A DNA stretch of 63,674 bases, filler included, from Reclinomonas americana ATCC 50394 (lineage: Eukaryota), in NCBI GenBank assembly GCA_048213135.1. It is 5 parts of 2 records of this genome, joined end to end, with 100 filler letters (N's around TTAATTAATTAA, not from the genome) between each part and the next. Parts side by side here need not be neighbours in the genome. Positions count along the whole stretch, not along the records: positions 46,728 to 55,060 come from PS015013.1; positions 55,161 to 61,322 come from PS015013.1; positions 61,423 to 63,674 come from PS015013.1; 2 more parts are not named here. The stretch is one strand, 5' to 3'. Made by a program: the position numbers and the translations under genes. The notes under the pieces were generated by a model that saw only the letters and a program-made list of their open reading frames with translations, was not told the origin of the DNA and did no database searches. Of this stretch, positions 53,401 through 63,674 are shown in pieces. How positions within the stretch are numbered: the first letter of the stretch is position 1; the number at the start of each line of letters is the position of its first letter.

Positions 53401-55060
53401 CTATGACCGCGATATTGAGTGCTGTAAGTATTACGATCGCAGGAAGTAGTAATGCTGGAGCATCTGGAAATTGCGTCAGCGACGTCAGCTTTTCGGGTGG
53501 TGGTGCGGCAAACATCCTGTTCTTCAACGGTGGATTGCAGGTTCATTGGTCATCGTAGTAGCCAGGTGGCTGTCAAGGCATTGATGCGTACCGTTGAAAT
53601 CTGTACACCTGCGTAGTACGCGAGTTCTTGTAACTTCACGGACAACGTGGCTGTATCGAACGGCGCTGGTGGTGGATGGAATGGAAGTAAGTCTTCTACT
53701 GCGACAAAGTCTCTCAAGGCTCACGACTCTTTTTTTGTCTGTTAGTTTCCGTCTTCGGCGGATCGTCAACATCGTACGGCGAAGTTACCGGTGGCGGTGC
53801 TCTGTTTGTGTATTTTCCCAATCCTTCAGTATCTGCTCCCATATTCAATCAGGTACTGCTCGTAAACTATTACCGCCGAGTACAGCACTCTAAACTCCCA
53901 GTATATGGCCAACATGACACTCTGCAGACCATTGTAGACTGTCGGTTCTTCAACAACTCTGCGATTGGAAACGGTTCAGGCGGTAAGTGTATTTTCTTTT
54001 GATGTAATGCTTGCCGCTTGACTGACGTCCCATGAGTTTCACTTGATTTGGTCAAGGTCGCTCGCAATCAGATTCCGGCAGCATTAGTGGTCAAAACGGA
54101 GGCGGTGCTCTCTTAAATTTCTTCGCCAGCGGAGGGCAAAGTGCATCCCAGGTATGAGCATTGAAGTTCAGCAGCTGCAGAACTCTGCGCCTCCAGTCGT
54201 CGTGGAAACTCTAATTTGTGTCCGCAAAGACAATCCTACGTACATCCTTTGTTGGGAACCGAGCAGTCAACAATGGCTACGGCGGTAATTTCTAGCCACA
54301 TGAGTCCGTTGTATGGTGCACAAACTCAACTAACTCCATTTCTCCGGACAGGAGCAAGCGGAGACGGCAATGGCAGTAGCGCTGGGTCTCAGAACGGTGG
54401 CGGAGCTATGTGGACATTCTTCAGTGTACCAGCAGTGCAGGTAACTATACACAACAACCATGTATATGCGTCTCTTTGCGTAGTGCGTGAGTGCCATTAC
54501 TCGCAGATCATCGACACGTCATCCTTCCTGGAAAACGTTGCCGAGGGGAATGGAAGTGGTGGCATCGTTGGTTTGTGAGCCTGATTCACAAACAACTCTA
54601 ACGACTTATAGATATACATTCGATTCGCATATTTAGTCTTTACTTCGTCTTTACAGGCTTCTCATCAACGACAACGTTTGGCACCGTTATAAGCTCCGGT
54701 GGATCCAACGGTGGTGGCGGGATGTGGACATATTTCTTATCAGTTGCAACTCAGGTTTGTTGATTGCATGCGCACGAAATGATTATAGTGTCTGTCAGCT
54801 TGTAAACAAGCTCCTCTCAGGTTGTGCGTAACTGTATATTTGCCAACAACTCGGCACAGAGGAACGGTTCTGGAGGTAATCGTCGACCGTGCTAGATGTA
54901 CTCTCAGTCATGAAAAGAGACGATCTTCTTGACGACCATCCGCATTTGCTATGCAGGATCGTCAATACCAGAAACAGCAGTGGCAGACAGCACCGGTGGC
55001 AACAACGGCGGTGGTGGTCTCTGGGTACAGTTCGCGAACAACAAGACTCTCCACAGCATC
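50472..55060 (+). CDS. Secreted/surface right-handed beta-helix protein with Chlamydia Pmp-like GGGA(I/V/L) and FxxN repeats (3' partial)
   Basis: Hydrophobic signal-like N-terminus, CG..PC motif, many alternating FxxN and GGGA(V/I/L/M)(W/Y/F) motifs over about 20 exons. Confidence 0.8.
53032..55060 (+). repeat. Tandem two-exon/two-intron cassette, 7 units, period ~300 bp
   Basis: FxxN-A..NG(S/Y/A)G exons start at 53032, 53310, 53617, 53928, 54230, 54507, 54821; each is followed by a GGG(A/G) exon. Confidence 0.85.
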
Positions 55061-55160
55061 NNNNNNNNNNNNNNNNNNNNNNNNNNNNNNNNNNNNNNNN
55101 NNNNTTAATTAATTAANNNNNNNNNNNNNNNNNNNNNNNNNNNNNNNNNNNNNNNNNNNN

Positions 55161-56221
55161 TTGTGGTGTGGTGTGTGCTGCTGTGACCTTCTCACTTTTT
55201 GTTGCTCGTTTGCAGAGTTCGATGAGCTCGATGCCGATCACAATGGTCATTTTGTGTCCTTCTTGTCTCACTCTGTGTGGTGTCGTTGCTCACTGGTGTT
55301 TTGGGCGGTGGTGGTGTAGGCACGCTGGAGAAGAGCGAGGTGCGAGAGAGAGTGGCTTGAGACACTTAACAGAGACGATAATCACTTATTGATTGCTGGT
55401 TTTGTGTGATACAGTTCGCCCCTCACCTCAGGGTGCTGCTGAAGACCGCTGTCGAAGTGTGGGAGGAGGTGTGTGTCTGCTGTTGTTAATATGTGCACGC
55501 AAGTCCGTGTGTGACTTATGATGATGCATGTGTGTGCAGCTCGAGCGCGTCATGTACGACATCAAGGTCAGTGTGTCATGATGACAGTGTTGTTTGCAGG
55601 GAGTGTGTGAGTGTGCTCACGCTGTCGAGGGACGGATGAACAGGAGTGGTACGACACTGACCGCAGCTATGAGGCCGCCAAGAAGAGCTCGGAGCCGAAG
55701 GTGAGGATGCATGCATGATGGGAGGGGCGAAGGAATGATTGCAGAAAGCGAGTCTTGTCACGCGTGATGGCGGTGGATGGAGAGAGATGCAGCGAGTGAG
55801 GATTGAGTGTCGCCTACGTGCACGCAAGAGTCTGAGAGCGATGGGATGTATGCCGAGTCGTTTTGTCAGGAAAGTATGCAGACATGCAGAGCGCACACTC
55901 AGCTTCCATTGCAGTGGACACCGTGCGGGAGACTATTATTCTTCTTAATCGGAAACGCACTGACGGTCTTATGTGCGTTTTTTTCTGCAGGCGACCACTG
56001 AGCACGACTCGTACGTGCTGGTGGAGTACCCGACCTCGTCGTGGCTGTACTTTGTGCCGGCCGGCGGTGCTGAGAAGCACTTGGTCAAGAGCTCGCGCAG
56101 CGCTGCTGCCACCTGCGCTCTGTACCTGCGCAAGCTGTCGATCGATGCCACCAAGCCGCACAGCCGCGTTGTCAAGCCGGGCGGCTCGATCGTCTCCACC
56201 TACTACATGAACTCGCAGTAA
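55161..56221 (+). CDS. EF-hand-containing hypothetical protein (5' partial, microexons)
   Basis: FDELDADHNG|TLEKSE|F forms a canonical EF-hand loop across short exons; last exon ends YYMNSQ-TAA. Confidence 0.6.
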
Positions 56222-56420
56222 TTGTGCACAACTGCGGGCGGCTGGCGGGGCGGAACACTCGAACCCCCAGTTGGTCGTCGAGAAGAGTGAAGGCGCGCGT
56301 CGCGAAACCGTACACAAATCACGACTACAAAAAGTTATTTCTGCACGTTGATTGTGTTTTTCCACTCTCGTCCACGCCAACACTCTTTTCCGTCATTCTA
56401 GCTGGAGCCAAGACCAAACC

Positions 56421-58824
56421 ATGGCTGCACTCGTCCGCGGAAATAGCATCGATGGCGACGATTCCGTGTGCGGTCTCGGGCAAGACTGCTGGATCAACAT
56501 CCTGTTGGTTGGTCGACGATCCTCATTCTCCATCTGTCGCTCCCTCGTCTAATGGCGCCGCGACCGCACAGTTCCTGGAGAGCAGCGACCTGCTTCGACT
56601 GCGTGCCGTCTCGCAGGTGTTCCTGCTGCTGACGCGCTCTCACACGCGCAAGGTGATGGCGGCCGGACGCGGTCGACAACTCCCTCCGCGACTGTCGCGC
56701 CTGCTGGACGATCGCGATCGACAGCGCTTGTGGCGACTGCTGCTGGAGCGTGACTTTACCGCACAGACAGCGGAGGGAGGCGCGCTGGCAGTGCGTGGTT
56801 GGGTATGTCGTGAGAGACACACACTATTTCTCTTCTCACATGCAGGATCGCTCACTCCTTCCTTGCTTGCTTGCATCGCAGCCGTTCGAGGGCATGGACT
56901 GGTTCACTACATACTTTGGCTTTGCGCAGCTGCAGGCGTGCACCACCGATCGCATGGTCCGCAAGGTTCGCATCCAGTGCGAGCCGCAAGTCGACGTGGA
57001 TCAGCAGGCGCTCTCGCGTGGAGGCTGGGTGCGACCGGCCAGCGCCAAGTCATCTTCCTCCTCCTCCTCTTCATCTTCGTCCTCATCTCTCGCCGATCGA
57101 TATCGACCGGTGCGACCGCTGTCGTCGTGCCAGCCCAAGTCGTCGCGATTGCCCTCCGTGCCGTGCCACTCGCTGTGCTTGCCAAACACGGAGCACTTGT
57201 CGAGCGACGTGCCGCTGACGGCGTGGTGCGGAATGGGCGACGGTCGACTGGTGATGACCAACGTGGCTAGCGGCGAAGTGTTGTGGGGTACGTACGACGG
57301 CTATGAGTAATGCTGCGTGGTGCGTCGTTATCTCTGACTCTTGGTCGCAGAGTCGCGCCACCACAGCCACATTCTGAATGTGCTGCAGCCGCTGCAAGCG
57401 GATCGCAGTCGCATCCTCGCCGCCAGCATGGACGGCGTCATGAGCGTGTGGAATGGACCGCAGGTTCGTCTTGCGAGCACGTAGTGAATTCTCCTTCTGT
57501 GCATCATGTTCACCATTTGAGTGCACGCAGCTGGTCACCACCTGGGATGTGATGGCGTCGACGGGCCGCAACAAGACCAAGACCTACACCAACAAGTGCG
57601 TGATGGATCCCACCAGCGGCCTGCTGGCCGTTGCCTGCGATAATGGCAAGCTGGCACTGGTGGACACGGCGGCCGACGGGCAGGTGATTCGTCGCGTGAG
57701 CACGAGGCGCGATCGCGATGTGTCGTTGTACGCGGTGGCTCCGTGTCCGGCGATCGGTGCAATTCTGACGGGCGGCTTTGATGGCAAGGTGTTTTTACAC
57801 AGTGCACTTTGTCTTTCTCTGCGTCGTCATGCTGACTGGTGTCCACACGCACACAGCTCCGTGTGTATGACGTTCGAGCTGGCCAGTTTTTCAACGTGGT
57901 GGAAGGCAATCCGTACAAAGGTCGGGCGCGATCCCACCGCGCCTCATCAATCCTGTTGCAACTCACATTGCACGTCGTCTTTACTCCACAGTGTATTCGT
58001 TGGACACCAAGGAGGTGCAAGTCGCGTGCGGTGGTGGCGACAATATGCTGCGTTTGTTCGACCTGCGACGACTGCATCGGTACGTGTCGTGGAAGAATGT
58101 TGATGGTGGTGTGTACATGCGTCTCATCATTCTTTCCTCTCGTCGTCAACAGCGGCTCGGTGTGCAACGATCGGTGAGTTTTCGTCGCAGACAATTATGT
58201 AAGTATTTCTTGAAACTGATGGTGAAATGCAGTGTGTCGGACTTTGTGCGTGGCTGGCTGGAGGTGGTTCGCTTCTCCACTGTGCCCGACTCGCGCGACG
58301 TGTACGGCGCGGATGGTGCCGGTCGTGTGATGCGATGGGACCTGGAGCGGGGTGCCGAGTTTCGTCCACGACGTGTGTTCGCTGCGCAATCGCTCATGAC
58401 CACTTACACTCCCCTTCCCCGCTTTCCTCCTTTGCAGCCTGGACGCCGAGCGCGTGTCACCGGCGTACAGCTCCCCGGTGTGGGACATGCAGCAGGTGCC
58501 CGGCAAGGATGCACTCGTGTGGGTGACGGAGAGCGGTGAAGTGGGTGTCTCACGGACCAGCGACACGAACCGCGAGCGACTGCAGCAGTACTTTGACTGG
58601 CCCGAGCGGACCGACAATGTGATGCCACCACACCCGAGCCGTGTCTCATGGTGAGTGCATTGTTCATGCATGTCCAACAACACCGCAAGATATTCTTTTG
58701 TATGCATGCATCGGTCGGGGGTCGCGCATGTGTCTCACTTCTCTTTTTGTGTGTGCGTTTGCGTATGCTGTTATGGAACAGGATGCAAGGTGGTTCGGGG
58801 CGAGCTCATCGGCTGTACTTGTGA
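56421..58824 (+). CDS. F-box and WD40-repeat protein
   Basis: LGQDCWINILL|FLESSDLLRLRAVSQVF (F-box); ASMDGVMSVWN, TGGFDGK|LRVYDVR, GGGDNMLRLFDLR, GRVMRWDL (WD40). Confidence 0.8.
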
Positions 58825-59301
58825 ATGAAAGCAAAACAAAAACCTGTTTTCCCTCGAGCTCGTCCGTCGGTGTTCGATATTTTTCTCGCGCCACACGAGC
58901 CAAAGCCCGCCGCGTCGCTCCTCACACGACCCTCTCTTGTGTGTGTGTGTGTGTGTGTGTGTGTGCACGTGCCTCCCAAGTGCCCTTTGAGTGGTACACC
59001 CAATGTGGCGTCAGTTGCGTTTCACACACACAGCATGACACCCTGCTCTGTGTACACAAGCATCTTGCACCGGGGTTATATGCAATCATCGTGCAGAGCC
59101 TCTCTCCATCACACACTCTCACTCTTACTCTCACACACAGTCACTGGCTCTCCTGTGCACTCACACACTCTCTCTTCTCTCTCTCTCTCTCTGCCTCCCG
59201 GTATTCTTCTCATGATCTCTGCTCTCTCCCTGTACGCGCGCCGCTGTCACACGCACTGCCTCGCACTGCCTCACACTCACTGACACACCACCCGCGCACC
59301 A

Positions 59302-61322
59302 ATGGGGACGGGGAGGGCGTGGAGAGTCATGTCCACACTCACGCACTCACACGCACACGCACACAGTCGCCTGTCACGATCTGGTGCCTCGGGCGGAGGT
59401 GCAGGCGGTGGTAGTCTTGGAGGCAGTGGCACAGGTGGTGGTGGAGGTGGAGGTGGCGGCTTTGGATTCGGCAACGAGTTTGGCGCCCCTCTCGCCGAGG
59501 ATGAGTTTGTGAGTCAGTTCATGCTGCTGGCCAGCGACGATGCCGAGAACTCGTTTGGCGCGCAACATGGTGGCGCAGGCACCGGCAGCAGTCTGTCCAT
59601 GTACAACTTCCAGTCGACGCCCACCATGATGGGACTGAGTGGGCCCACGGCGGCGCCCAGTAACTCGTTTCTCGGAGGTGCAGCGTCGGCCTCGGGATGG
59701 TGGATGGGAGGTGGTGGTGGTGGTGGTGGTGGTGGAGGTGGTGGTGTCGTAGGCGCCTCCTCGTTCTCGCCTGTACGCGGTGGAGGCAGCGTCGTTGGTG
59801 GCGGTGGCGGTGGTGGCACGGGGTTCAGTGGCTTCTTGGCGGGACCCAATGGTCCGTCGTCGCCTCTGATTCTGCCGGCGAGCAGTGTCGGAGCTGCCTC
59901 GCCCACGTCGGGCACCGTCACGCATCATCGGCTGCAGGGCTTCGGCAGCGGCAATGCGATGGGCAGTGGACCGGTGTCGCCGGCGCTGGGTGCCACAGTT
60001 GTGGCGCCGGCGCATGTTGCAGTGGCGCTGTCGTCGTTCTCGCAGGGCATCACAGCGTCGTCGACCTTTGTGGCTGGTGGAGGCAGTCCGTTGAATACTG
60101 CGTCAGCGGCGGCACCTCTGCTCGGAGCTGGCGTCACGCGAACGAATGGCAATGCCGCGGCTGGTGTGATTGTCCCCGCTGGCAGAGGAGTGCCAATGAC
60201 AGCAGCGTTGTCGGCGGCAGTGGTGGCGCCTGTGGTACCCGCCAAGTCCTTAGGTGTCGCTGCGGCGGGTGCCGGCAAGCCTGAAAAGACGACGGCGGCC
60301 GCGGGTCGAGCAAGCGTGCCGGAGACTGCACGCAGTGACACCAGTGCACGAGCTCCGTCACCGCAGCAGTCGCTCACGGTGCTGTCCGGTGCCTCCTCGC
60401 GACGGAGAACCAAGCAGTGCGTTCCTGCTTCCCGTGATTCTCGTGTCTCTCACTCTACGTCTCACTGTTGTGCTTAGGTCTGCTGCCACCTCGGTCACAT
60501 CAGCGGCGGCAGGCAAACGCGGAGCAAGTGCCGCTGAGCAGGCAGCAGTGACGAGCAGCCGCAGCACTGCTGCCGCTGCACCTTCGGCTGTGACGTGGAA
60601 TTTCGCCAACGCGCAGCCGAGCTCCATTGGTGGCTCTCACTCACCGCCATCGCACGCGGCCAACTACGCCGAGCATGCTGGCAACTTTCTTTACGGCCGC
60701 GAGGCCGATTTTCCATCACTGGAGGCGCGCGTCAAGGGCAAGCAAAAGGACCACAGCAACCGCACGTACGAGGAACTCGACTTGCTTCTGGCACTGGTGG
60801 AGCGTCTGCGGCCGGCGTGCTATCAGCCGAGCACTGGTGCGCCGTGTGCATTTCTTCATCGCTCGACTGTTGAACTAACTAACTTATCCACCCGATGGTT
60901 AGCGTGTGGCATCTACGTGGTGGAGATTCAGACGTCGCTGTGCAGCCACCCAACTCCCATCACGTTTTCGTCGGCGGAGAGTGGCACCGGCGTGTGGAAG
61001 CAAGTGCGCGGCAAGAATCCCGACATTACACGACTCAACACACTGAAGTATTTCATCCATCGTGCACGTGTCGACGCCGACAAGGTGTGCGAGTGTGTGT
61101 ATGTGTGTTTGTGTCGGAGTGCCTCCTTGGCACTGATTGTTGCGCAGCACGCTGCGGTGCGACGTGAGTACTACTTCCGTCGCCGACCCACCGCGGATCA
61201 AGTGCTGCTCGGTATCTGCATGGTGTATCCGCTGAACCAGAAGCGGCAGGCCAGCAAGCGTCAATCGTACGAAGGTTCGTATGGCGGGGGCGTGCAGGCG
61301 GTTGTTTCTGCAGTCACTCATT
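59302..61322 (+). CDS. Gly/Ser/Ala-rich hypothetical protein with a globular C-terminal region (3' partial)
   Basis: 391-aa Gly-rich ORF spliced to exons encoding YEELDLLLALVERL, GVWKQVRGKNPDITRLNTLKYFIHR, REYYFRRRP. Confidence 0.5.
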
Positions 61323-61422
61323 NNNNNNNNNNNNNNNNNNNNNNNNNNNNNNNNNNNNNNNNNNNNTTAATTAATTAANNNNNNNNNNNNNNNNNNNNNN
61401 NNNNNNNNNNNNNNNNNNNNNN

Positions 61423-63674
61423 AGCCAAGTACGGTCAGATCCACCCGCGCGCACAAAGCACACAGTAGTGCGTTGACAGGCAAATAACTCACCCTCCGAA
61501 TCAACTTGTTGGCAAATCCACCCATCCGTGAGCCTTTCAAATCCGACGCCACTCCATGACCGATCGAACGTTGAATGGTGTACAGATGACCGTCCGCGCT
61601 CACTCTCGTGGTTTCGAGTGCAACCATTGCGTTCATCGACTTGCCGATGTTCGTGAAGACGACCTTGGAGAATTTGTAGCGCCCCACCAAACTGTGTATT
61701 CAAGGCACACGAACACCAAACGTGAGTCACCTTCTTCCCTCCATGCATGCCACAGCTAGCACTTGGTGTACACACTCACAATTCGACCAAAGCATTCTGG
61801 AATCCCTCCAACTTGCGGGAGCGTGCGGCCAATGTCGCTCGCTGCTTCTTGTGCGAACTCGACTTGACGCTGGACGCCACAAGGTACTGGCCATACACAG
61901 AGCGCTGGAATTTGAGTCGGCGCAGTCGTGTTCGGTGCGGAGTCAAGTGCTTGCGATAGAACAGCTTGCCACCGAAAAGGAGTTCCACTCCTCGGCCATC
62001 TATCACGCGAGGGAAAAAGTATATAAGTAATCGTCGCAGCGATATCAGTAATACATGTATGTGAACACACTCACCACGACCCACAGTCACGATGGCGGCG
62101 AAGATTCGCACACCGGGATCGATCGCAGCCAGCGTGTGATAAAACAGAATAAGTTGGCACAGGAAGAGCTCCTCCTCAAGGGTGAAGTCTCCGCGGTGGC
62201 GCGGGCGCTGGCCGGCCGACCCGCTGCCACTGCCACTGCCACTGCCACTGCCACCAGCCGGAGCATCGCCGTCTCCGGTGTCACTGCCACTGCCACTGCC
62301 ACTGCCGGCACTGCCACTGCCGCCAGCATCGCCGTCTCCATCTCCAGTGTCCATGGCAGTGCTGCTGAGACGGCGCCGATGCTTGTCGAGGTAGTCCTTT
62401 TCCACTTGGAGAGCGGCTTCGGCGTGACCGAGACGCTCAGCAAGCCATTGTCCGGCCTCCGACGTGGACCACGCGCCGCGGCCACTGGCACGCGCGCCGA
62501 GTGGGCAAGGCAGCGGTGCCTTCTTCTTCTTCTCCTCCTCCTTCTCCTCCTCCACCTGCTTGTGCTCCTTCTCCACTTCTTCCATCTCCTCATCTTGCTC
62601 ATCCTGCAATGGCAAGAGAGACGTGTCAGCAATCGAGAAGAGTGGCACAACGTGACAACTTGCCACAAGTGCGCACGCAACAGAGATCGGGAGGTCGCTG
62701 GCACGGGTTGGTTGTGGGTCATCTTCTTGCATCTCGACCACGACCTCCTCCTCTCCTTCTTTCATGGCAACTGTTTCCTCCTCGCCGTCCGCCTCCATCG
62801 CCACCACCTCGTCAGCGGCAGAATCCACTTCCTGCGCGCACACAGCGTCAGAGTGGTGGTCAAAGCAAAGAGAACACCAATCACGCATGCATTGTCAACA
62901 TGCATGCCTCCTCCTGCTGTGTTCTCGAATCAAGAGCCATGGCGAGCGAACCATCGCCATGCCTTCCATCGAAAGTCACGCGCACGCCCTCCAACACCAG
63001 AGAGTGAACCAAACGAATCGCACGCGAAACTGTCCACAGGACGAATATCAAAATTGAGTACGAAGACAAGACTGCATGACATGCACGCGTGTGAACACAC
63101 GTACCGTCTCGTTGATCGTCGCGGGTGCTGGAACTGGCGTCACTCGGTTGTGGTGCGGCCGCCGGACGCGGCTTTCGCAAGTAGTCAGACGCGAGAAGCT
63201 GAAGTTCCTGTGCCGCAGCTGGTTGATCGGCAGGGCGAGCACGCCGCATGCTCTCTAGTTGTTGTTTCCAGGCAGTGCCGCACCGCATTTCCGAGTCCGC
63301 TGTGGCTTGTTTCACGGCCGACCGCAGATATTTGACACTCAGCTCTGCTGAGAAGGCAAGGCTGTCAATTCGAAAGCCGAGCATTTCGCGCCCGTCTCTC
63401 CTTCTTCTCGGTTCGATTAGATACCGCGCGAAGCACAGCAAACGACGCTGGTCAACATTAAATATCAGTCGTGACACTGAGTGTACGAGCTTAGTGAGTG
63501 AATATGATCACATCGTCGTAGCAATGGAGCGCTTCGTGTCGTGCGTACCATCAGTGATAGTGAAGCCAGTGGAAGCTGCTGGATCAGGACCATACTGCTG
63601 GCCCAGCAAGCGAGCATTCCGCCGGTCACACGCGCAAACTGCTCGACAACAGATATGAGAACAACCACATCCAA
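61423..63674 (-). CDS. Hypothetical protein (both ends outside the contig), acidic and GS-repeat linkers
   Basis: Minus-strand open frames 62881-63477, 61776-62888 and 61367-61690 with GT-AG junctions; CCACTG hexamers encode GSGSGS. Confidence 0.5.

Noticed and set aside
62221-62335. CCACTG hexamer arrays as CRISPR-like or telomeric repeats
   Set aside because: No spacers; they encode Gly-Ser linkers in the minus-strand CDS.

Overview
Draft-assembly DNA from a GC-rich, very gene-dense, intron-rich eukaryote, most likely a heterotrophic protist (inferred from HAP40, IP3R-type channel, MMADHC and TMEM260 homologues; taxon not determinable). Five scaffold pieces are joined by artificial N-TTAATTAATTAA-N linkers (21101, 46672, 55105, 61367), and at least five small gap-flanked contigs are in the wrong orientation. 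About 20 spliced genes are present, with introns mostly ~55-100 nt: HAP40/F8A1 with a possible long Ser/Pro tail, a DEAD-box helicase, FAD synthetase, MMADHC, MED4, an IP3R/RyR-family channel, NOC2, an ENT nucleoside transporter, TMEM260, UBC9, GSK3, an F-box/WD40 protein, Pmp-like beta-helix and Cys-rich multi-TM surface proteins, and several hypotheticals. The most notable signals are: (1) a frequent second class of 5' splice site, GTTGCG(T/C), i.e. the main GTGCGT donor shifted by one nucleotide and never preceded by exonic G; (2) a two-exon cassette repeated 7 times at ~300 bp spacing in the Pmp-like gene; (3) a divergent GGAFED channel filter; (4) an unrecognised ~35-45 aa PPF..M..E..LL.Y repeat protein. 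All gene models were spliced by hand from GT-AG sites and frame continuity; no database searches were run.
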